A stretch of 64,000 bases of DNA, from assembly GCA_032718475.1 (NCBI GenBank), contig JAUCBJ010001254.1, forward strand, positions 1 through 64,000, written 5' to 3'. The notes below the pieces were generated by a model, which was not told where the DNA came from, searched no databases, and was given only the letters and a program-made list of their open reading frames with translations. A program made the position numbers and the translations under genes. Shown here one piece after another: positions 13,292 to 24,300 of the stretch (positions are counted from its first letter, which is position 1; each line of letters begins with the position of its first letter). The DNA is from Nemertoderma westbladi (lineage: Eukaryota > Animalia > Xenacoelomorpha).

Positions 13292-15861
13292 TTAGAACCA
13301 CCTCAAGTCTTTCCCTTTGTCGTCCTCCTCCCTGGGTCGTTTCCTGGTCACTGCTGCTCCTCTGGTCTTGTCTGCTTTCTGGCTTCGGACTCTCGCCGCC
13401 ACCTCCTTACTGATCCCGGTCGTCAACTCCTTGGGTGCCGGTGTTATTAGCTCCCGGTATCGCTTCGCGGGAGGCACCTCCGAGTGGCCCTGTTGTCTCC
13501 CCCTGGTGGCGTCCCATAGGATCATCTTCATTGCCCGCGGCACATGCTCCGCCAAGAAATCCCTAAACTCTCCTCTACTCTGTGGCGTCCACCTATCCAA
13601 ATACCTCTGCGTATTTATCACTCCGGCATATGATGCCGCCATCGCCACTTCCTGGTAGGTAAACGGAAGCCTCCGTTTGATAATCTCCATGTGAGCCTCC
13701 TGATTGATGTTAAAGAAGCCCCACCGGAACTCCTGGGCCTTCATACGCTGCCGAGTCATCGCCCCGACTTCGGCCCACTCCTCGAAGATCCTAAATTTCT
13801 CTTCGTCGTCCATCCAGTCGCACTGGCGTCCATAATGTCCCCGAAAGTTACACTTCGAACATCGGTTATGCAACCGTGGACACGCCCCCATCCTGTGGCT
13901 CGACTCGCAGCAATAGAGACAACTAGTCCCTTTCTGGAACCGGTACAAACAGCTCCTTTCCTGGTGGGTCTGTCTCCCACAGTAGTCGCAGCCGAGTACC
14001 AATGTCTCCCGCCCCACGTCGTCTTTCGTCCCAAGCGATCTCCGTGGTCTGTGGAGTCGCTGGTAAGCGAACTTCCGGACGTTAGTGTCCCTATCTACGT
14101 CGATCTCCTCGCCCCTCTCGGGCATCGTATCCCCGAATACTACCCATGGTGCCGTCCCCAGTTGCTCGCCCAACCTGATAGTGCTCCCCGCGAAATCCAT
14201 CGCCGGCTCCACGTGCACCCAGGCCCGCTTGCCGGGTCTATCCCAGAAGGCCCTCGCCCCACTGGCCGTCACCACCCTCCCGCCAACCCAGTCCGTGTCC
14301 GAGTGGCCGATCCTCCCGATGGGCGGCATCTCTCTGAACTCGTCGTCGTCTTCGTCCTCCTCTGGCAGTGGCTCCAACCCCGGTATCCCGGTGGACCCAC
14401 TATGTCCCTTCCCGCCTTGGCTCTCGCCCATAGCTCTCCATCCCTCTAGCTCCCCTAGCCTCCTTAGCGGCTGGTCGCCCTCGGCGCCCGCTGGTATGGG
14501 CGTCGCTTGCAATCCCGACGTCGACTGTTTCGGTGATCCCACCGTCCATCCCAGTTCTCGCCCTAGAGACTCCCCCGAACTCCCTGACGAAGTCCAACGA
14601 AGTTCGTCTAAGCCCGCCTGTTCCTCGAAGCCGTAGCTCTGTGCCCTAGCTTCCTCCTCCCTTTCCTCTGCTTCTCTCCTCTCCCGTCTAGCGACTTCTT
14701 CCAGTCGCTTCGCCTCTCGTCTATCCATCTCTAGCTGCTCCCATCTCTGATACGGCGTATCTATCTCCCCGTCTACCAGATGTCGGCTGTTGTAGTACAC
14801 TGACTCGCCCTTCAGCCCCGGGTGGTCTACCAGACCCACGAAAGCCGCCTTAAAGGCTCTTCTGTAGTTTAGGGGTGATCCCGATAATAGGAATGCCGCT
14901 GGTTCCCTCTCGATAACCACGGTCATGAATAGGTTAAGCAAACCTATCATTATCCAGTCCTCTGCAGGATATATCGCTACTGATATACCTTTATCGCTCC
15001 TCTTCGGAATTGATATACCTCTTGTTTTCCCGGCCTCGCTCCCCACTTCAGCGAGTTCGCTAATTCTGCTCCGTACTCTTCCCTGAACTTCGCCCAGTCC
15101 ATTGGTTTGTGACATACGAGCCCCAATAGCTGGCCCATCGCCACCGCTCCGCAATGGCCTGTGTTCTCGACTAGTCCCAACCCATCTGGTGCTGTCATAG
15201 CCATGAAGACCGTCTGCATATCCAGGAGGTTGGGGGTGTCCGGACCAATGATTCTCTCCGCGTCATCGCGAATCACCGATCCCACTTTCGTTGTCGACTT
15301 CTCTCTCACTAGGACTTGCACCGCCCTCGGCAACCGGTTTAACTTCGGCCCGTCCTTTTTCCCATACGTTCCCAGGTCAAATAGGAAAATATCCCCATTT
15401 GGCGCGGCCAAATGTAGGAGTATGGTTCTGGCCGATCCCGCCGATCCTCTCCTTGAACCCCCCTTGTCTTCCACGGTCCCTTCGTCGTCTAGGATCATGT
15501 ATCCTCCCCTGTTGACGGACTCTATGAACCTCTTCCAATCTTTCCTCGTTGACTCTCTCACGTACTTTGGAATCCCGAACTTCGCCTCGTCTCCTTTCAC
15601 CACGTAGTGGAAATGCTCGAAGATCGCGTTGTCCAGCGACGGCGTCCCGTAGGTCCCGACCAGCCGCTGTTCGTGCACCTCCCTGAAGTGGTCCTGTAGC
15701 GCTCGCGCTGCGTGACCCTTTTCTAACTGCTCGTAGTATCCCCTCGTCCTCTCTTCCGGATGCCTCTTGGTGAAATCCACCAGTATCTCCTTTCCCCCTA
15801 GCTCCGCCTTTCTCTTTCGCACAAGTTTGCTTGCCATCTCGAACCCTGCCAGATCGCTCAC
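13292..15861 (-). pseudogene. Accessory gene: DnaQ-like DEDDy (WRN/EXD/Mut-7-like) 3'-5' exonuclease + coiled coil + 3 CCHC zinc knuckles
   Basis: ExoI ILDDEG; LLHLAAPNGDIFLFDL; LPRAVQVLV...KVGSVIRDD (ExoII); LLDMQ; LGLVCHK...KWGARP. ExoIII YILQD is restored by removing 2 nt at ~14962 and reading through TAG 14977-14979. Knuckles CDYCGRQTHQERSC, CLYCCESSHRMGAC, CSKCNFRGHYGRQC. Confidence 0.7.
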
Positions 15862-16309
15862 CCTTTGGGTGGTGCCTTACCAAGGCGCTATAGGATGAGT
15901 GATAGGTTTAGATGGTTTATTTCAGTTCGATGGCCTATCTCTCTCTGAATTTCTGAGTTGTCGCCTATTCTTTACACTACTTAATTATGAAGCTACTAAA
16001 TGTACCCTAAATAGCAATTTTGTCCGTTACTTTAATCATATTCCAGAATTTCCTTTTCTACTGTTACCATAATTTGCTAATTTTTAGCCCTATTCTTATT
16101 TTATTTTAATTTAATTTAATTCTACTGTCCTACTACTTACTATTGCCTATGGATTATTCTATTTTATAATCCACATTCTGGCCTATTCTGTGGGCCTGTG
16201 CAGTACAACAGTATGCGTCGCGTGGCCACACGACCCACCCAGCTGCACTCACACGCCCCCCTCCCGCCACTCACTACTGACTAATATCTATACTATATAT
16301 ACCCTTCTA

Positions 16310-16562
16310 CCTCTATCTCTTACTAACTGGTACTACGTACCCTCTTACTAACTTCTAACTCTCTCTAACTAACTAACGGTACTACGTACCCTCTAACTCT
16401 TACTCTCTCTAACTAACGGTACTACGTACCCTCTTACTACTCTAACTCCACTGACTAACGGTACTACATACCCTCTTACTAACCTCTAACTCCACTAACT
16501 AACGGTACTACGTACCCTCTTACAACTCTAACTCCACTAACTAACTAACGGTACTACGTACC
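16310..16562. repeat. Minisatellite (~40-46 bp unit), left part
   Basis: ctaactaacggtactacgtaccctcttactactctaactcca units. Confidence 0.9.
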
Positions 16563-17428
16563 TATAAAGGACATCGCCCGCCTCCTATCCTAACTAATTT
16601 CAAATTTGTCTGTCTGTCTGCATTTGGCTGTTTCGGTTGGTTTGGGAATTCTAAGTCAGTAAGTATAAAAGAAAAAGACGAACAATCCAACTGTCTGACG
16701 AGTGCAAGGTCCAGGATATAATCCACCTAATCTAATTATAACCGAAAAGCTAGGACCTTGACGCTATTCCGGCTAGATAAGGCTTTAGTCCACTACAGTA
16801 CTGGATGATAGATTGGTAAAAGATAAATATATGATAACATAATAATATACTTGCATTTATTTTATTTACAGAGTTAGGTATGGCATATGGTACCGTTACA
16901 TTACATATAATAACTGAATAATAAATCAACTAATCTAGGGTATTGATAAATGACTAAATAATGACTGAATGAGATTAATATTATCGGGCAGTTAATAATA
17001 CCGTATACTTCTGTCTGTTCTTTATAAAATAGTTACCGGTCCCGCACTGTCTTAGGTAATAGTACAATATTATATTACAGGGTATGCAAGCAAAATCTAT
17101 ATCTACATCTAACTATCTAACCATCTAACATCAGAATATTAGTGGGAAAATCCGCACATGTCAGACATGGTGAGTTGAGACTGCCAGACTGCAGACAGCT
17201 TACTGCTGTTGTACTGACTAGCTATTTTACAGCTGTCAGTCAGACTGTTGACTGCATTCTGGTCACGTGGTCAGCTCACGGTCGACTCTTACTAATTAAA
17301 TAATGAAAGTAATTATGTATACTGTATTTATTGCTACGAACTGAAATGTATTATACTGTAGGTTGATTATTTTATACTTATACTATATTATATTAAAATA
17401 TTTGAGTTACGAGGAGATGGTGAACACA
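16563..17428 (-). repeat. 3' LTR of C
   Basis: Direct repeat of 27894-28759, preceded by the PPT on the minus strand. Confidence 0.97.
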
Positions 17429-17990
17429 CTCCTCCGCTGAACTGAGTGAAACTTAGTTCAAAAAAAATCTTGTCACCTCTCATCGTAGCGAATATAAACA
17501 CGCACCAAAAACTAAAATAATAATGATTGAGCCTTCTGCCTGTTTCACTCAAAACGAAAATAATGCACCTCATTAATAAAGTACAAATAGTAATACAAAT
17601 AGTAATAATATATAACTTCAGTCTATTCCATTATAATGTATGTACGGCGACCACCACTTTTAAAATTAAACAATCTAAGCACAATCTCAAGGCTAAAAAA
17701 TATTTTTCGTTACATATTATATAGGGTGTTTCTCCATTACTTATTTCTTCAAATAAAGTATATTAAAAAATCTAGCATAAAGGGTTCTGTAATAAGTTCA
17801 CTTTGTGGATTACTAAGACAAAATAATAATAATTCATTATAGAGACCTCTGGCTCATTAAAATAGTTTCCATACAATTCTGGGTTTACCATAAAGGCGCC
17901 ACAAAAGTGGGTCAAAAGACATGTTAGTTAAACACAAACACTAATAGAAATAATAATAATTAATAATTTACTATTATCGTTTTAGGTACA

Positions 17991-20900
17991 TTACTCGCTG
18001 GTTTTATTTACTGCCTCCACTAATTCCTCTTCCAACAAACAACACCGTTCGATCGACCGTTTAAGTTTTCCACTTGCTGTTTGTAATTCGACAGTTCTAA
18101 CTAGTCCATCATTCCCTGGAAAAACATCACATACTCTCGCTAAATTCCAATCATTTCTCCTATTACTGTCGTCCTTTAATAAAACTAAGTCGCCCTTTCG
18201 GACGTTTCGCGTTACGAATTGGTTTATTTTTCGTTTGTGCAATGTTGGCAGATAGAACTTCTGCCACATATCCCAAAACTCATTGGCACATTCTTGACTA
18301 CGCCTCCACGCCTTTCTTGAGCTCAGGTCTCCCGGATCAGGAGTTTCAAGAGGTAATCCTATACCTCCTCCTACACCGAGAATTTTGTTGGGAGTTATTG
18401 CTGTTATTCCACTAGGGTTATCAGTAACTTGAAATAACGGTCTAGAATTGATGGAATATTGAATCTCCGCAAGTGCTGTTCTCAAAACGTCAAATGTAAC
18501 TGTTTTATTACCAATTGTTGCTGCTAGCGCTTCCTTTGTAGAGCGGACCATACGTTCCCATACACCCCCAGCATGAGGATTAATAGGTGTTATATTCTTC
18601 CATGTTATATTTCTTGCAGCGAGTTCTGATTGGAGTTTATGTTTATTCAAGTCCTTTACAACCTGTGTCAATTCATTATTTGCTCCAATGAAGTTCGATC
18701 CATTGTCGCTGTACATAAGTCTAACATTGCCTCTGGTTGATATGAATCTCCGGTATGCACAAAGAAATGCATCTGTTGACGCGCTTTCAGCGATATCTAA
18801 ATGTACTGCCCTTGTTGAAAGACAAGTAAACAATACTCCATAAACCTTCATCGTTGTTCTTACTCGTTTGCACATTATAGGTCCCCAGTAGTCAACTCCA
18901 CAAGTTTCGAAAGGCAATCCTCCAATTACGAGTCTTTCTCGAGGCAAGTCACCCATTCTTTGTACTAATAATTCAGCATTACGTTTTCTACACACATAAC
19001 ATTTCTTTAGTAAGCGACGTATTCGAGGCCTTGCTTGAACTACCCAATAAGTCTCCCTCAACTTAGCTAGAGTATGATCTTCTCCTTTGTGTAGTATTTT
19101 CCAATGTACATCGTATATTAATGAGTCAATTATCCAAGAATCCTTAGGTATAATTATTGGTTCTTTGTGATCAATAGGTATATCGGCATTTTTAATCCGC
19201 GAATCGATTTTCATAATTCCACTTACTAATTTGGGACACAAAGATTTCAGTTGAGAACTTCCAGAAATAAGTTTATCTTGTGCCAATGTTTCATATTCAT
19301 CGCAATATTTCCTTCTTTGCTCAAAGCCAATAATTCCTCTGGCGCATGAATTACTTTCACTTACAGTTAAAGGAGAGAACTTAACCTTTTCACCTCGCAT
19401 CATTTTAATCCGCCAATCAACTAGTCGACGTATCCATCCCAACTTCCTACATGTATCTGTAAAACTATTGGAATGTGTGAGAAGTTTTTTAACAGATTCC
19501 ATTCCATCATCGTCTGCAGCTATCCAATAACTAACTCCTTTCAAACTTCCTTTGTAACTAATTTCAGCATCCTTTGGTAAATTCAGATGCATTTCGTTTA
19601 TAGGTGGGGTCCAAGTTTCCTCACAATCCTTTAAGAATGCCGGGCCATTCCACCACTTGTCTTCTGCTAATAAATGTTTCGCTGTTAAACCACGACTAAG
19701 GAAATCGGCTGGATTGTCTTTACCTGCACAATGATGCCACTGTTCAACCTCACTTGTCCCCATAATTTCTTGAACTCGATTTGCTACGAACACCTGAAAC
19801 CTATGTTCATTATTAGCTATATATTGAAGAGCCACCATTGAGTCACTCCAGTAATAATGACGAACTCCACATGGGTCTTCTACTAAAGGTAATTCCTTGA
19901 TAATAATTCGTGCGTTTCTAATGGCAATAACAGCTGCTAGAAGTTCAAGACGGGGTACTGTAACTTTCTTCATTGGCGCTACTCTCGCCTTTGACATTAT
20001 GAGTGCGGTTTCAACACATCCATTAAGTGGCTGTCTTCGTAAGTACGATACTGCCCCATAACCTGCTTCTGATGCATCACAAAAATGGTGAATCGAGTAT
20101 ATATCATCGGTATCTCGTGTTTTGAAGAAAGGTCGTGGTATTTGTAATTGTTCTAATCCAATAATATCATCCTTCCAGAGCAACCATTCTTTAATAATAT
20201 CTTTGGGCAGCTTAGCATCCCATGTCAACTTAGCTTTCCACATCTCTCGTAATAGTAATTTTCCTTTCAGGATAAATGGTGTTAGAAATCCTATTGGGTC
20301 ATAGACGGAACTCAAGAGTGATAAACTTCCTCTCTTTGTTAATCTGTAAGTCTCTTTATTAGTTGAGTATGTAAATACATCTTTACTTGGAATCCATTTC
20401 ACTCCTAATGCTCTTGAAGACGAAATCAACATAGAAGAAACACCATCTAGATCTAAGTCTTTGGGGACATCTTGCAAGCCAATGACTTTTTCTTTGGGTA
20501 GGTTTGACAAAAACTCTACACTATTACTTATAAACTTTGTTATATTAAAACCTCGATTATCTAAGCACTTTATAATCCCCATAGCCACTCTCAGGGCCTT
20601 TTCCACCGTTGGTTGAGAATTGAGGCCATCATCAACATAAAAACCATAGAGAATTGCTCTTATCACTTCTATTGAGAAATGTTCTCTTTGGTCCAATGCC
20701 GCTTGTTTTAATCCATAAGTGGCGACACATGGCGAATCCTTCTTTCCAAATGCATGAACCCTCATTTGCATAACTGTGAAGTCATCCAAATTTCCACTCT
20801 CTGGGAAATCCTCAATTGGCCCATCAAACCACAGGATGCGCATAGTATCACTGTCACTGTCTGTAGTCCTTAGCTGATGAAACATCTTCTTAATGTCACA

Positions 20901-21383
20901 CATAAAGCAAATAGAATGACATCGAAATCGCATTAAACAACCAAAAATACTGTTGTAAATATTGGGACCCTGCATAAGCAACTTATTCAAACTCATTCCA
21001 GAATATTCGGCAGCCGCATCATTTACAATTCGAATTTCTCCTGGTTTATTCGCATTTTCGACAAAGTGAGTAGGTAAATAATATGTTCGCGGTGACTCTA
21101 TTAAATCATTTCCTGCTAGAATTCTGGCATGATCATTCTTCAAATACTCATGTAAGTTTTCAACATACAATTTCTCAATCTCAGGTCTTTTAGACAGGCG
21201 TTTCTTTAAACCTTTTAGTCTCTGTATAGCTAATGCTTTGTTGTTTTTTAAACATCTTTCTTTGTCTTTCCACAACATACCTATGGTATAGTGACCATTT
21301 TCGAATGTAATTGTATTTTTCAAAATTTCTAATGACTTAAGATCTTCCTTCGAATAACCGAGTTCGATGTTGTCTACATCCAT
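17991..21383 (-). CDS. pol: Bel/Pao Pol: reverse transcriptase, RNase H, integrase
   Basis: RIVNDAA, CDIKKMFHQ, FYVDD (RT); FCDAS, PRLELLAA, WSDS, NPADFLSRG (RH region); HHCC H..H..CYVC, GVDYWGP, SDNGSNF, WERMV (IN). Confidence 0.97.
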   Translation of the reverse strand: MDVDNIELGYSKEDLKSLEILKNTITFENGHYTIGMLWKDKERCLKNNKALAIQRLKGLKKRLSKRPEIEKLYVENLHEYLKNDHARILAGNDLIESPRTYYLPTHFVENANKPGEIRIVNDAAAEYSGMSLNKLLMQGPNIYNSIFGCLMRFRCHSICFMCDIKKMFHQLRTTDSDSDTMRILWFDGPIEDFPESGNLDDFTVMQMRVHAFGKKDSPCVATYGLKQAALDQREHFSIEVIRAILYGFYVDDGLNSQPTVEKALRVAMGIIKCLDNRGFNITKFISNSVEFLSNLPKEKVIGLQDVPKDLDLDGVSSMLISSSRALGVKWIPSKDVFTYSTNKETYRLTKRGSLSLLSSVYDPIGFLTPFILKGKLLLREMWKAKLTWDAKLPKDIIKEWLLWKDDIIGLEQLQIPRPFFKTRDTDDIYSIHHFCDASEAGYGAVSYLRRQPLNGCVETALIMSKARVAPMKKVTVPRLELLAAVIAIRNARIIIKELPLVEDPCGVRHYYWSDSMVALQYIANNEHRFQVFVANRVQEIMGTSEVEQWHHCAGKDNPADFLSRGLTAKHLLAEDKWWNGPAFLKDCEETWTPPINEMHLNLPKDAEISYKGSLKGVSYWIAADDDGMESVKKLLTHSNSFTDTCRKLGWIRRLVDWRIKMMRGEKVKFSPLTVSESNSCARGIIGFEQRRKYCDEYETLAQDKLISGSSQLKSLCPKLVSGIMKIDSRIKNADIPIDHKEPIIIPKDSWIIDSLIYDVHWKILHKGEDHTLAKLRETYWVVQARPRIRRLLKKCYVCRKRNAELLVQRMGDLPRERLVIGGLPFETCGVDYWGPIMCKRVRTTMKVYGVLFTCLSTRAVHLDIAESASTDAFLCAYRRFISTRGNVRLMYSDNGSNFIGANNELTQVVKDLNKHKLQSELAARNITWKNITPINPHAGGVWERMVRSTKEALAATIGNKTVTFDVLRTALAEIQYSINSRPLFQVTDNPSGITAITPNKILGVGGGIGLPLETPDPGDLSSRKAWRRSQECANEFWDMWQKFYLPTLHKRKINQFVTRNVRKGDLVLLKDDSNRRNDWNLARVCDVFPGNDGLVRTVELQTASGKLKRSIERCCLLEEELVEAVNKTSE

Positions 21384-24300
21384 CCATCCATCATGTCAAC
21401 GTCCCAAAACTCCTTCATGTGATTATCCAAGATTTCATCTTTTCCTCTTTGCAAATCCTTTAATTGTTGTATCAATTCAATCGGAATAGTTTTATGTATT
21501 TCCTCATGAACTAAATATGTGCAATATTGGGCTAATCCTGGACTTGGATAAATTGGACCTAGGGCTGTCCAACCAAAAACTGTCTCGATGGCCACTGGAT
21601 CTATATCACGTGGTCCTGGAACTTCATTCAGATGCCTATGTGCAGCTGGAGTTGTAATACCAATTATTAAAGTTACAGCTGGGATATCAACATCTATAAA
21701 TTCTGGAATATGTCTGAGATGCTGATACTTTTCTCGAGCCTCATCATTTAATTTATATTTCTCAAATTTGACATTGTCTTTAACTAATACATTATTTATT
21801 CTGGTCGAATAATCATATCCTGGCATAATAGCATCAACTATAAGACTAACTTGCCCAACTTTAGTACGCTGGTTATTAGATGTGATTGTAGTCAAACTAA
21901 TTTCAGTTTTCTCAGTTTGCAATTTCAACTCCTTGACCACAATTGTATCTGAAAATGTAAGACTTCCACAAGTATCAATTAATGCATATGTCGTTAATGA
22001 TGCATCCCCTTGACCAACTCCTTTTATTCGAACTGGAACTATCTTCTGCAACAATCTTGTTTGCTGCACTTCTTGAAAGTTGGAAATAACCTTCAGTGAC
22101 GCCTGAATCATGTCCACTGATTTTTGAATTTCGATTTCCTCCCCCGCATTGGCTATTTCCTCATTAGGTCTACCAATTTCGGCTGATTCATTACAGGCTG
22201 TAACATTTAGTTCACATAGCCTCTCAGCGTGAATTGATTCTGCAGAATCATATTTCACTTTATAGTGTCTTGATGCCATATTTGGGCCCCCCGCAGCGCT
22301 AGCACTGCCAATCATGTTAGTAGTGTTAGTAATCAGTTGTGTAGTCGGTGTCGATCTCACACTAAATGCATTACCACAACTAGTCACATGCCCCATTTGT
22401 CCTGTTTGTCCGGGGCTTGTCATGTTACGCACGTACAACTTAGGATCATAACCATGCAATAATGTATGATGACTACCATTACACACATCACACCATATAT
22501 TCCATGGACATTGATACATAATATGGCCCTTATTAGTACACCTATGACACACACCTTCACTCATAAGATAATTACCTCTCTGTACAGTATCTAACTTAGC
22601 TAAGTTCATACAGCGACCTACATGGTGCGTCCTTGCTGTTGGCAAATTTAACACTCTTTCACAATATATACAATTTTTATCTCCTACTACACCTGGTGTT
22701 ATCGCAGTCGTAACTGGTCTCAGTTGTATCTGCCTACCAATATTGTATCCCCTCCCTCGAGGAACTGAACTATTGTACATATTATTGTCTCCCCTACTGG
22801 GCCTATTGTTCCCTATTCGTGCTGGTAAAACAGACCTACTAAAGTCTGGCTGAGAATAGCCACCTCGGCCTGGTTGATAATAATTTGATCTAAAGGCAGC
22901 ACCATTAGACCAATTTGTATATCTAGATTGCCTGTTTAAAGGCATTGACATTTGTCTATTTTGATTGGGTTGTTGTTTAAAATTGCTTGCAGAACTTTTC
23001 ATAGGCTTACCAGCTGGATCCCAAATTTCATGCTCTGCCTCTACACCAAATAATTCATTACACATGGAGTAACTATGCATTTCAATGAATGCTGATAATT
23101 GTACAAGGTCAGGGTCCCGTCCTTTCAGACGTTTAATATTCTCAGCGTGTGGCCTCCATTTATTTTGTATAAAATCTGGTAAGGTCCATAGTGTATTTTG
23201 TACATTTGAGGACAATGTTAAATATTCCTGTGCTCCTATATACTGGAGACAATTTACCATAGACCGAATCATATCTGAGTATCTACGAACATCTTTACCA
23301 GATGCATTGTTTGGGAATTTGGGATGTTCCCTAATTTTCTGTTCACATTTTCGCTGTATTAGAGCTGGATCCCCATAACGTCTAGATAAAAGTCCCCATG
23401 CTCTAACATAGCCATCTGGTGTCCCCCGTAATGGTTTCACTAATGTATATGCTTCACCCTTTAAATGTTTTAATAACAGCTGTAATTTTTCATCCTCACT
23501 CCAATACCTTTTTTGAGCTACATTTTGGACAAATTCTATTTTAAAATTTATGAATTCAATAGGGTCTCCTGCAAATTTCTCATCATCAGAAGGTTGCCAC
23601 ACTGTCTGTCTATCATGAAGTCTTTCAAAATACTCCCTTGTTAAACTATCAATTCCACCACCTCCAAAATAACGTTGATTTGGATTCTGGATCGAATTAT
23701 CTTGTCCTGTGTTTGGGTATCTTCTTTCCCTGTTTGGGTGACCTCTTCTATCATCCCAATCACCATCATCTCCTCCATCAGGTGGTCCACTTCCTCCATC
23801 AGGAGGTCCACTTCCTCTACAAGAGCTATGTGAATTACCGTCATTGAAATCATAATCTCCCCTATATTGTTCGGGATTTCCACCGTTCCTATTATCTCCT
23901 GCTGCTGAATTTCCTGATGGAATCATTCCCCCTTGGAATTCACTAAACCTTTCCACTGGTGCCTTTTCTGGTGCTCGATATGGTCCAGTATGGCAAGCAA
24001 AACCCTCTCCTTTATCTTCATATTGCAGAAAATAAGAAGGGGGTGGTCTCTGAGGAATGTCATTGCTATCAACTGGTGCATAGATCCATTCTGGCTTATC
24101 TGGATGTAACATTTCTTTAAACTTTGCCCCATCTTGCGACTTATATTGATCCATTTCAATCTTCAAAGGATTTCTATTATAAAGGAGATATGGATTCGCC
24201 TCTGGTTGATTAATCCGAGCTAATGGATCATCTTTCCAAATTTCCCGTTCATGGTCTTGCATCATTTTTGTATCCGTAAGAGCTGTTTGTTGTATGGATT

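Noticed and set aside
13691-14636. Plus-strand 252-aa and 183-aa ORFs
   Set aside because: Antisense to the exonuclease/zinc-knuckle gene in GC-rich sequence; no motifs.
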